A stretch of 64,000 bases of DNA. It comes from Promethearchaeota archaeon. GTDB lineage: Archaea > Asgardarchaeota > Lokiarchaeia > Sigyniarchaeales > SOKP01. The notes beneath the pieces are model-generated. The model did not search any database, was not told where the DNA came from, and saw only the letters and a program-made list of their open reading frames with translations. Positions 50,301 through 58,358 of this stretch are shown in pieces. Both the position numbers and the translations under genes were made by a program. How positions within the stretch are numbered: position 1 is the stretch's first letter; every line of letters starts with the position of its first letter. The stretch is taken from NCBI GenBank assembly GCA_048938895.1, contig JBHLLU010000003.1:32001-96000 (forward strand). Reading direction: 5' to 3'.

Positions 50301-51711
50301 CTTTAGCATTTGACACAATTCTGCCATCAATATCTCTTACAATGATGGTTATGTCAGATTTTTGTGACTGAACTTCATTTAATACAACGATTATTTCATC
50401 ATTATAAGTAAATTCAACATCATCTATTTGGGCAAATCCAGTATCATAATTCCCAGCTGCTGAATTTTCATCTCCATACATTCCAATCTCTAATGAGATA
50501 TTTTGGCCCATATAATTACTGAGATCAAAAGTTACAAATCCAGTTAATTCCCCTATATCAGTATCGAATGTTCCAGTTGTTGATGCTCCACCAAGAGTAT
50601 AATTTTGTAATGAGTATCCTCCCTTATTATTATGAGTAATTCCTTTAAAATACTCTAAATACTCACCATTTTGTTGGTGTAGATCAGGATCAACTGGTAT
50701 ACTAGGTGTAGCATTAATAACTCTAACAAAATATCCATCATTCCAAGCTTTACTCTCGCTTCCATCAAATCCCCATATTCTTACATTTTGCCAAAGTTTC
50801 AGAAAAATTTTACCACTACCATCATTTACAACTGGAACGACAAAAGGATCTGTATATAAAACTCCAGCAAATTGGTCATCATTACCAACAGTGTCAGTTA
50901 TAGAAGTCTGATTAGAACCCCATTTGTATGTATATGTTCCTCTTACTTGTACATCACCAGCAGGAGTGTCAACCAAACAATTTTGCCACCATTCAGTTGC
51001 TTGATCTTCTGTCTGTGAATCTTCTCCCACTAATGGAAGTCTAGGGGCGATATCATCGGGTACGTCATCAGACCATGTCCAACCCACAGGGTTATAATAA
51101 TGAGGAACAGATGAAGGATCTCCTGTTGGGTCATCTCCACTAGGGACATATTCAAAAGCTCCATTCTTAACTAATCCAAGACCATATTCTACTGCCGTAC
51201 TTTCTACATTCATATTACCAAAATATATATATGTATCAATCTGAGGATTGCTAGAAGATGTAAGATTTGTATTGAAATATATTGTTGCTTTGCCTGGTGA
51301 GGATACAAAACCATCAAAATCCTGAAAAATAAAAAAATCTCTCTCAAAAGGCTCATTATTTTTATATTCAATGACTCTAATATCTTTTAATGTGTCGTTT
51401 ACTTTATTTAGATACTCACCACTCCCATAAGATATGACTACACTAACACCATAGTTATCTAATTTAACCCCTGCTTGATTTGTTATGTTAATTAATGTCC
51501 TATAGGGCCAATTTGAATCCCACCAAGGATGAACACCTGAACTACTTAGCTCTAGGTCAATATCCTCTATACTATCTTCCACTGTTGTGTCATAAAAGGT
51601 TCCAGTAGAGGAGAAATTCATTAGATAGACTGGAAAAAGTATCATCAACAATAATATTGAAAGACATGCCGCTTTTTTTAATCTTAGTGCTCTTTTATGT
51701 CTAACTATCAT
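47377..51711 (-). CDS. Large single-pass cell-surface protein B (DUF2341-like, jelly-roll/CBM-like, Ig-like repeats, TM, cytoplasmic tail)
   Basis: WWDSNWPYRTLINITN..YIYFGN; LVKNGAFE..FDLSNYMGQNISLEI..IDDVEF; TM and tail homologous to protein A. Likely start is ATG 51711 (MIVRHKR + hydrophobic signal); the track gives 51864. Confidence 0.8.
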   Translation of the reverse strand: MIVRHKRALRLKKAACLSILLLMILFPVYLMNFSSTGTFYDTTVEDSIEDIDLELSSSGVHPWWDSNWPYRTLINITNQAGVKLDNYGVSVVISYGSGEYLNKVNDTLKDIRVIEYKNNEPFERDFFIFQDFDGFVSSPGKATIYFNTNLTSSSNPQIDTYIYFGNMNVESTAVEYGLGLVKNGAFEYVPSGDDPTGDPSSVPHYYNPVGWTWSDDVPDDIAPRLPLVGEDSQTEDQATEWWQNCLVDTPAGDVQVRGTYTYKWGSNQTSITDTVGNDDQFAGVLYTDPFVVPVVNDGSGKIFLKLWQNVRIWGFDGSESKAWNDGYFVRVINATPSIPVDPDLHQQNGEYLEYFKGITHNNKGGYSLQNYTLGGASTTGTFDTDIGELTGFVTFDLSNYMGQNISLEIGMYGDENSAAGNYDTGFAQIDDVEFTYNDEIIVVLNEVQSQKSDITIIVRDIDGRIVSNAKVSLVQDSNIIKQQTTDESGKTIFTNLNFGIYNFTVDYIFTPSYENVVFNSTRDNFGTSKWNLYNVSDLSHTFILDVDIWTIDFEIVDWDDDLLGDGYIKIFDDKEGTLLKKISLVNGTARFQWNNASFYYYEVYFYNTKYSINDFLLNSSFIYRTNYVQNEKYYDHALPLNTYDQDPGNYYRVYERIYTGGSMDEFSHKKLVNFNITLENMQDRIDNMTIYYIDKNNQTINNVIYQNLTMSSTDFFKSFDIGTIDNDELKAENYDVYGILVDIQGYRVGGHTGLIKVNTTELTNIYNKNALAKMNIRVIDDAYSFDPVPFVSVKIWNGTNLITTLTTNDDGWASHDDETYKPFIFLIGYSYNITLRRIGNSVDFKINETSPKQWEPFGTISIYNYTLTKESSIILDYEEAPPPPTIETQIELITDISQAIWGIGDLHMTINISYTTDGSIWNLVPDEGSFICYVEDWETGKVVLTADLTPNYQGMVLKNYSLTLNSSKLSAGNDFKKYWFIVDGSIPGYEPPENYYQQVQVNAAATFLNLYDYETRLVISEYKKEFTEIINITVRFYIAPNDPLDGATVSFDWLSQPSIYFSKDLVYPGFYSCAIDTSLAINVGKYPITITASRENFTSQTIITFLDIVERPTAINGTTDLAYNTVELWVEDTEIFTYSYTDTLGGNQLLRDLDVAIYTWQELYNNGTIKQGKDGFGLLYENPDGTYSLDFNTEVKNVGFYYLYVNLQKDNYEARAALVNLKIKLREFDVSITGLGSNNHISVNQGDDAEIEVNLLDLSRGSINLESAQVVLNIGGVDFPFTEISSGIYTATISTSHIDTFITSKTLVGKMTIEMVNFTTQEITITVVVKMEEIFPGMPTFYFILITAAIVGVVGSVVAYRVIQQARIPKHIKKIRKIKGYIKSKKKIPASLSIPTKEEMITKLFGDDWKELGLSLNETLGIADSKTQKSPIGKNIDKNGGEEF

Positions 51712-51961
51712 AAAATCATCTTTATCCAATTTTGTTTTATTTAAAATTTTTAAAACTAATATAAAAGAAGTCAAATAAAATATTTTGTTTATGAATAACC
51801 TAATCATGATAAAAAACATTGAATAACGATCAATAGAAGAAAAAAAATTAATCAAATTTAACATTTAAAACTACGATTAAAATTATGTGGACATTAAAAC
51901 ATTTATTTTTCGTAGAAAAAAGTTGAAAAATTGGCATCCAGCTTGCTGATAATAATGAAAA

Positions 51962-52606
51962 TTACATTATCTCTGGCTTTTTTTCAAGAACTAGAAATAT
52001 TCTCCTTTTTCTGGGATTCTGTGGATTGTCAATAATATATTGACCTTCAAAATTTGTATTTTCTGCAACAATTTTGCCAATAGTATCCATTATCTCGTCA
52101 TTTTTAGGGTAAAATTGTATTACTGCATTGGAATTAGACCTCAGAATCGAATAGAATAATGTAATAAGATTTATTAGGTCTATTCTCATATTTTTATTTG
52201 TAATATCTTTAAAAATCCATTGTAATGCCGAGATTGAAACAATACCATCAAAAGTGTTTGGCTTAAACGGAGCTAGGCACATATCTGCGTTAATTGGGTT
52301 TAAATCGTTTATTTCATAATGATGCAAAAAATTAAAAATAATATCAAGTCCAACAACTCTATATCCCATCTCCTTTAACAACATTGATGCAAATCCTGGT
52401 CCACAACCAGCATCTAAAATTAATGGGACCTTAATTGAAAAATTCATTAATTCTAAAGCTCTTAGTGTAATTTTTTGTTGAATTTTCCTCATGCTTTTAG
52501 AATTCGCATATTGGTTTAAGATGTCTCCATTAAAATATTCTGAGGCTTTCTCGTAGATTTCCTCTGGTCTTTTTATCTTTACATCAAATTTAAATTCGTT
52601 GTTCAA
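51962..52606 (-). CDS. Bud23/WBSCR22-like SSU rRNA guanine-N7 methyltransferase
   Basis: RPEE..Y..S..IQ..ITLRALELM, ILDAGCGPG, FDGIVSISALQW, AVIQFYPKN and IIDNPQNPRKRRIFLVL follow the Bud23 motif order; TTG start. Confidence 0.8.
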   Translation of the reverse strand: MNNEFKFDVKIKRPEEIYEKASEYFNGDILNQYANSKSMRKIQQKITLRALELMNFSIKVPLILDAGCGPGFASMLLKEMGYRVVGLDIIFNFLHHYEINDLNPINADMCLAPFKPNTFDGIVSISALQWIFKDITNKNMRIDLINLITLFYSILRSNSNAVIQFYPKNDEIMDTIGKIVAENTNFEGQYIIDNPQNPRKRRIFLVLEKKPEIM

Positions 52607-52760
52607 GTTTATAATTGATTTATTTTTTTATTTGATTAAATTATTAGATACAGTTTAATAAAATTTATATAACAAACCAAAAATTTTATTTAATTCTAAA
52701 TATTTATATTTTCATTCTATTTTAATTTTTAATAGTTTGACTCATTATTAGTATTCTATT

Positions 52761-53060
52761 ATGTCAGAGAAAGAAGAAAAACTCTTAGTTCGAAAGGCTA
52801 CAATAAATCTTAGGAGAAAATATGGAAGAACTAAACAGATTAATGTAGTTGAAAGAGATGCTTACATCCCAAAGGGCATTGAAAAGGAAATACGAGAATC
52901 AATTTCAAAGAAGAAAACAATTTTAGCAACTGATATCGCATTAAAATTTGATATTAGGATTTCAACAGCAAAAATTCTTCTGAAACAATATGAAGAAGAA
53001 GGATTGATAAAACTTCTGGATCCTTCCTTAAAATTAAAGATATATGTTCCTGCTTCTTAA
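52761..53060 (+). CDS. rps25e: 30S ribosomal protein eS25
   Basis: 99 aa basic winged-helix protein: IALKFDIRISTAKILLKQYEEEGLIKLL..LKIY. Confidence 0.75.
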   Translation: MSEKEEKLLVRKATINLRRKYGRTKQINVVERDAYIPKGIEKEIRESISKKKTILATDIALKFDIRISTAKILLKQYEEEGLIKLLDPSLKLKIYVPAS

Positions 53061-53174
53061 ATTTTTGATAAAACTCTTATTTGATATTGCAGTCTGTTGA
53101 ATTTATTACGTTCTTAGAAGAAAGAATTTTAAAAATATAATTGCTTAACTTCTATAGATAATTTTGATAAATTA

Positions 53175-53257
53175 GCAGATGTAGCCTAGCTGGTAAGACG
53201 CCGGCTTCGAGAGCCGGTGCGCATAAGCGCTCGGGGGTTCGAATCCCTCCATCTGCG
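53175..53257 (+). tRNA. tRNA-Ser(CGA)
   Basis: Acceptor GCAGATG/CATCTGC, anticodon arm CCGGC-TTCGAGA-GCCGG, long variable arm GCGC/GCGC, T-loop TTCGAAT, discriminator G. No intron; CCA not encoded. Confidence 0.93.
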
Positions 53258-53330
53258 TATATAATAATTAGTAATATAAGTGATTCTGCTACATAAAAAT
53301 CATTTATATAAGGTAAAACAAGATTATTTA

Positions 53331-54269
53331 TTATTGAATAATCTGTAATATTAAATTTTCCATTTGAGGTTTAGCTGCTTCGATTTTATCCAAAATTGTT
53401 ACTGTCTTTTGTAAATCTTCATCCTCATCAATAATGAAGAGTAAGAAAAAGTCAATATTACCAAATTTGAGTACTTCAATAACGCCAGAAAATCGTTCCC
53501 CATTGTCAAAAACATCAGAAAATTCATATAGAGTTCTGTTCTCTGCAACGACGCGTTTTTGAAGTTCTAAATAAATTCCGTAAATTTTAATCTTTTGCAT
53601 TAATTGTAGGTGTGGTCGATAATGCTCTCCAAGTGTTATTCCTTTAGAATCGAATAACGAAATTAGAATTGTATTATAATTTTTACTAATTTCCGCAAAT
53701 AAATTAGAAACCATTTCGATTTTTTCGAAAAGCATTGATAATCCGCTAGAAAATGCATCCATGATGGATTTGATATCAAAGATTGTCGTTTCAAAGAAGA
53801 AGATACTAAAATCGTTTGAATATCTTGTTAAAGCTTGTTTTAAAGTAAGGATTCTTTTATTTATCTCTACGTCATCTACAAGTTGAGGATCGAATTTATG
53901 AAAAAGAATTGCAACCATTACATCTTCTTGATGCTCTTTGAAAAACAATAATATCTCTTCTAAATAATCTATTGATTCAATGTACCTATCAAAATCTTGA
54001 GCATCAATAACGTAAAAAATCAAGTCTATCCCACTCAAAAATTTCTCGGGATGCTTCAAATAATCCTCCCGATAGATTCGCTGACCACCAAAATCTAATC
54101 TTGAAAATTCTAATCCCAAAAATCTAAAGGTATCTCGGGCAATTCTTCTCGTTGGCATTAATTTTGCTACTTCTTCTTCAAATCCAAACCGTTTTGTTAT
54201 TGCTGTTATTATACTGGTCTTACCTGCATTATCGAGACCTATGAAAGCTAGCTTCTTAAAAAGAATCAC
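53331..54269 (-). CDS. Rag/Gtr-like small GTPase with C-terminal roadblock-like domain
   Basis: G1 GLDNAGKTS, G3 DFGGQ, G4 HKFD, G5 ETTIFD (HKxD and TxIxD are Rag-type). C-terminal ILISLFDSKGITLG roadblock pattern; GTG start. Confidence 0.8.
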   Translation of the reverse strand: MILFKKLAFIGLDNAGKTSIITAITKRFGFEEEVAKLMPTRRIARDTFRFLGLEFSRLDFGGQRIYREDYLKHPEKFLSGIDLIFYVIDAQDFDRYIESIDYLEEILLFFKEHQEDVMVAILFHKFDPQLVDDVEINKRILTLKQALTRYSNDFSIFFFETTIFDIKSIMDAFSSGLSMLFEKIEMVSNLFAEISKNYNTILISLFDSKGITLGEHYRPHLQLMQKIKIYGIYLELQKRVVAENRTLYEFSDVFDNGERFSGVIEVLKFGNIDFFLLFIIDEDEDLQKTVTILDKIEAAKPQMENLILQIIQ

Positions 54270-54546
54270 CTTTGAATGCTATAATGATATTATAATATTT
54301 ATTTTATTTAAGTCTGAGTTTAAATAAAAGATGACAATTAAAAATCTTTTGGGTTTAAAGGCTTAATAGCATTACTTTAACTTAGTTAGAAAACATTTAA
54401 TTAAAAGAAAAACAAATTAAGAGGAAATAGAATACAAAGTATAAATGTATCGGATTTAAATCCATTAGAAGTCTATGATTCTTTTATGTTTAAGCTAAAT
54501 GTTTCAAAAAGCAATATGTCTGCCCTGTAATTAGCTTAAACAGCAA

Positions 54547-54828
54547 TTATCCCCCCGCTAGAGCAAACGATAAGTATATTTCATCATTATCGTTAAGTTT
54601 TGTCTTATAGTCTTTTAAGTATTTAATGTTCCTACCATTTAAAAGAATTAGAATCTGAGGATTTAAATGTTTTCTACTTTTATCTAATAATTCCTCTCCA
54701 AGCATTTCTTTATACTCCCCTAAAAATTGATTCATTATATCTCCAATAGTTTTACCTTCATATTCTACGAATTTCTTATTGATTCTCAGCTGAAAAATAT
54801 TTAATAAATGTAGTTTAATTTTAGCCAT
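54547..54828 (-). CDS. MoaD/SAMP ubiquitin-like small protein
   Basis: 93 aa, ILILLNGRNI..TKLNDNDEI, C-terminal LAGG. Confidence 0.9.
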   Translation of the reverse strand: MAKIKLHLLNIFQLRINKKFVEYEGKTIGDIMNQFLGEYKEMLGEELLDKSRKHLNPQILILLNGRNIKYLKDYKTKLNDNDEIYLSFALAGG

Positions 54829-54914
54829 GAAATTATTTCGTTTTAAGAATTTTGAATATTTTTATAAACAAAAAATGCCTTTTAAGTTTATTTTTTATGT
54901 TATGAAAATTTGAT

Positions 54915-56510
54915 TCAGATAAAAATATCGATGTTATACGTACCCACAGTTTTTATTTGGCCTGTTTTTAGATTATGTTCTTTCAATATAACATACCCTT
55001 CTTTATAGATTTCAATTTCAATGAAAGCTTTATCAAATCTTTCTGTACTAAGATTTCCACCATTTGAAAAAACTGTACTGTCAATTTTGACATTAAATGC
55101 TATACTTGGTGTACTGTTCAAACATAGATCTATTTGAGAACGAGCGAATTGAGAGAGAACATCTCCAGAATCAGTTAATTCGGTTCTCCATACACTTAAA
55201 GGAGTAGGAATTAAACTATGAAAACAGCAAACACCAAATATTTTTTGATGGCTAAGGTTCAAAACTTTTTCAATAAATATATTCATTTTATTACGACCTA
55301 TAAATCCCTCAGTAGAATCTCGAGTGGTTGAATTTAACCCTTGAAAAAAAATTTTCTCATTTTCATAAAGTGGATTATAATCCCCAAAATATCGCTTCCA
55401 GTGTTGCCAAGCAGGTGGTATGGAATCAGTATATCCTGGTACAACCAAAAAAGGGTATATTAAATTGTCCATTTTTTGCCTAGCCAAAGCAAATTCTTCT
55501 TTGTAACTGTTTCTGGTAACATTTCCCGCATGTACTACCAAATCAACATCGTTAATATTGTTTATTAGCCCAATTACTTTATCTAAATTAGTCTTCTCAT
55601 TTTCTGATTCAGCTTTAATTAATGAATGTGAAAATTGTATAAATCTACATAAAGGTTTTTTACCTTTTTTAATATCTAATGGAAGGTAATATTTTACTTC
55701 ACGTTGAATTTCTTGCTTAGAATTAGAATCTAATATGGGAATTACCTGAAATTTGAGCTTATTCCCCTCTATATCTATAATAGCATAAGTAAACAGATCA
55801 CGATATCGGGTTTTATTACAACAAAATGTACCTGCATTAAAGATATATAAATCTTTTTCACTACTACTTAAAGTATATAAATTTGAAGTATGACGATGTC
55901 CATTTAAAACTAAATCTGCTTTCGCTTCCAAAAGCATTTTAAGCATATCTCCTGAATCATCAATAGCAGACCTTTCTTTTCCTGTATTAGGAATTGGGAT
56001 AAGTTGATGGTGAAAACATACTATTTTAAATTTATTTTCTCTTTCTTTTTTGATTAATTCTTCTCGAACTAATTCGATAATATTATGATGAATAATTCCC
56101 CCTGGTAAGTCTGGTTTAGTACTATCAATTCCAATGACAAACAACTCATCATCTTCATACTCATAATGCCTTCTTCCAATCATTTCTTCAAACAAGAGGT
56201 ATCCGACGTTCATAGCATCATGATTACCAATTAAAACCATCAAGGGGCATTTGGATTCAGGTTGGAACTTCTTAAATTGCTCTAATGTAAATTCATATTC
56301 TAATAATGTACCATTTTGAGTAATATCACCTAAATGTAGAAATAAATCAACATCTTCTATTTTATTTATTTGCTCTATACCTAAATTAAAGGTATGTAAG
56401 TTAAAGGGCCCTCCTGACTTGCTAATGTGCGTATCAGAAATAATTACAAGTCTTTTCTTGGTTTCAATATCTCTATTTGGGTCCAATTTCATACTTTTTT
56501 CAGTAATCAT
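54915..56510 (-). CDS. Metallophosphoesterase with a second, degenerate copy of the domain
   Basis: Domain 1 has ISDTH, LGDIT, GNHD, FHH and GHRH. Domain 2 has FSHSL, AGNVT, PGYTD, FHS and NSTPS. Confidence 0.85.
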   Translation of the reverse strand: MITEKSMKLDPNRDIETKKRLVIISDTHISKSGGPFNLHTFNLGIEQINKIEDVDLFLHLGDITQNGTLLEYEFTLEQFKKFQPESKCPLMVLIGNHDAMNVGYLLFEEMIGRRHYEYEDDELFVIGIDSTKPDLPGGIIHHNIIELVREELIKKERENKFKIVCFHHQLIPIPNTGKERSAIDDSGDMLKMLLEAKADLVLNGHRHTSNLYTLSSSEKDLYIFNAGTFCCNKTRYRDLFTYAIIDIEGNKLKFQVIPILDSNSKQEIQREVKYYLPLDIKKGKKPLCRFIQFSHSLIKAESENEKTNLDKVIGLINNINDVDLVVHAGNVTRNSYKEEFALARQKMDNLIYPFLVVPGYTDSIPPAWQHWKRYFGDYNPLYENEKIFFQGLNSTTRDSTEGFIGRNKMNIFIEKVLNLSHQKIFGVCCFHSLIPTPLSVWRTELTDSGDVLSQFARSQIDLCLNSTPSIAFNVKIDSTVFSNGGNLSTERFDKAFIEIEIYKEGYVILKEHNLKTGQIKTVGTYNIDIFI

Positions 56511-56516
56511 TTCTCT

Positions 56517-57254
56517 TCAATCTTCTTTCAATTTTGCAGGATGACCTAAATAAATAGAATTTTCTTTCAATACATCATTAAAATTTGTATAGGAATGCGC
56601 AGACAATTTTACGCCTTTTTTTAGATGAGTACCTGGTAATAGAACACATTTAGCCCCAATTAATGCATTATCTTCTACTCGAATCTTCTTCAATATAAAC
56701 TTATCCTGTTCAATTCCAAAACTAATAAGTGTACTTCCCATACCAATAATAACATTATTACCGATTTCCACGAACTCCGAAGAAATCCAACAAGTGTCAC
56801 ATATAGAATGTTTACCAATTTTTACTCCAAAAAATCTAAGAGTAAAACGATTTCTCATCCATGGGAATGGATTGGATGAAGAAATAAATAATGCCCATTT
56901 TTTAGTAAGATTTCTCAAATTCCAATATAAATAATCTTTATCTTTAATATCTCTGGAAAAAATACCTTCCTTTGGAGGGAATAATAAATTAATAAACGTT
57001 AAGAACAATTTAGAAAATAAAATTGCAGTCATTTGAAGCAGGTAAATGAAAATAATGACATTTAATGGAAGTAGAATAAAGAAAAGAAAGACTAAACTAT
57101 CCTTCCATAAATAAAGGATATATAAGTATTCAAAAAATGAGCATGGAATAAAACTGAGCATTATTATAATTAAATAAATAATTAGATATTTATTCCTTAT
57201 TTTCTCATCTATTGGTGTCGGGGATTCCCCTTTCAAACTCGCGGGTTGAAACAT
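56517..57254 (-). CDS. Membrane-anchored hexapeptide-repeat (left-handed beta-helix) acyltransferase-like protein
   Basis: Two TM, PPKEGIF, RFFGVKIG, VEIGNNVIIG, VEDNALIGAKCVLLPG, GHPA. Confidence 0.75.
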   Translation of the reverse strand: MFQPASLKGESPTPIDEKIRNKYLIIYLIIIMLSFIPCSFFEYLYILYLWKDSLVFLFFILLPLNVIIFIYLLQMTAILFSKLFLTFINLLFPPKEGIFSRDIKDKDYLYWNLRNLTKKWALFISSSNPFPWMRNRFTLRFFGVKIGKHSICDTCWISSEFVEIGNNVIIGMGSTLISFGIEQDKFILKKIRVEDNALIGAKCVLLPGTHLKKGVKLSAHSYTNFNDVLKENSIYLGHPAKLKED

Positions 57255-58102
57255 CAGTTATTCTTATCTCCACTTTTATTTTCTATTTGCTTTTCTTTAA
57301 TTCTTTCCACTTTTTCTTGAGATTCCTCTAAAGATTGGACGGGAAAATTCATACTTACAGGGGTTCCAACATGAATTAAATCACTTTCTAATTCTTGCCC
57401 AATCCATGTATAGCTATTTGCACCTAAAACAGACCCATCTTGCATTATAGTTCCCGGACTGACTATTGTCTGAGGTCCAACTACGCAAGCCTTACCAATT
57501 TTTACTTTCTTTATAACAATTCGATCATGATAAATTAAATGAGAAAAAATGCAAATATTTAACGATGTCATTGTAAAATCTCCAATTTCGACAAATTCAG
57601 GGTCTATATAGCCTTCATAAGCGACCACATTCTTTCCTATAGAAACACCGAACAAACGATAAATAAATATATCTGACCAAGGTATTGGAATCGCTCTAGC
57701 GAGCCAGATAGGAAAAAATGCATTCCAAAATCTCCGATGAGTGTACTTCCATTCCTTAGTTCCTCTTCCAAATACTCCCTCTTTAGGAGGATTTAATTTA
57801 TTCAATAATGTATTAATGCTGCCCGAAAACAATATAATAGAAAATGTGAATAGGAATAAGTTCCCATAAAGGTTTAAAGGGAGTAAGAACCATTCCCACC
57901 ATTGACCAATTAAAATAAAAGAAAGGAATCTCTCTCCTGTGAGTAGAAAATATAGATCATGATAAAACCAAATATTAACTAAGATTGAAACAGAACTTCC
58001 AACATATAATTGCAAAATAACGATTAAACTAAATGGTGTTTTATATACCCCTGAAGTTGAAATGTATTCTACTTTTGTTTCCAAATTTTCTTTAGTGTTC
58101 AT
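57254..58102 (-). CDS. Membrane-anchored hexapeptide-repeat acyltransferase-like protein (paralog)
   Basis: TM segments, PPKEGVF, RLFGVSIG, VEIGD, KIGKACVVG..PG, GTP; TGATG overlap with the next gene. Confidence 0.75.
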   Translation of the reverse strand: MNTKENLETKVEYISTSGVYKTPFSLIVILQLYVGSSVSILVNIWFYHDLYFLLTGERFLSFILIGQWWEWFLLPLNLYGNLFLFTFSIILFSGSINTLLNKLNPPKEGVFGRGTKEWKYTHRRFWNAFFPIWLARAIPIPWSDIFIYRLFGVSIGKNVVAYEGYIDPEFVEIGDFTMTSLNICIFSHLIYHDRIVIKKVKIGKACVVGPQTIVSPGTIMQDGSVLGANSYTWIGQELESDLIHVGTPVSMNFPVQSLEESQEKVERIKEKQIENKSGDKNN

Positions 58103-58358
58103 CGAAATTGTAGACCTTTAGTTATGATTTCTCTATAGTATAATATAATTTCGAAAATAATTAAAATATAATATTTAACTCAAATTATTTTAGTACTCTA
58201 AAGTCAAAAAAAATTAAAAGCTTAATTCAATATGATATATATAATATTTCAAAATAATTCAATAAACTAGTTAAAATTTTAATGATATTTGAATTGTTCA
58301 AAGGTGAATTATAATTAGTATTGACTGGGAAAAAGCAGAACAAAAACCAGAAAAAAAG

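Noticed and set aside
51712-51864. 51-codon N-terminal extension of surface protein B in the ORF track
   Set aside because: AT-rich promoter-like sequence. ATG 51711 gives a normal basic + hydrophobic signal comparable to paralog A.
53175-53257. tRNA-Sec, suggested by the long variable arm and nearby selenoproteins
   Set aside because: The anticodon is CGA, not TCA, and the acceptor stem is the normal 7 bp.
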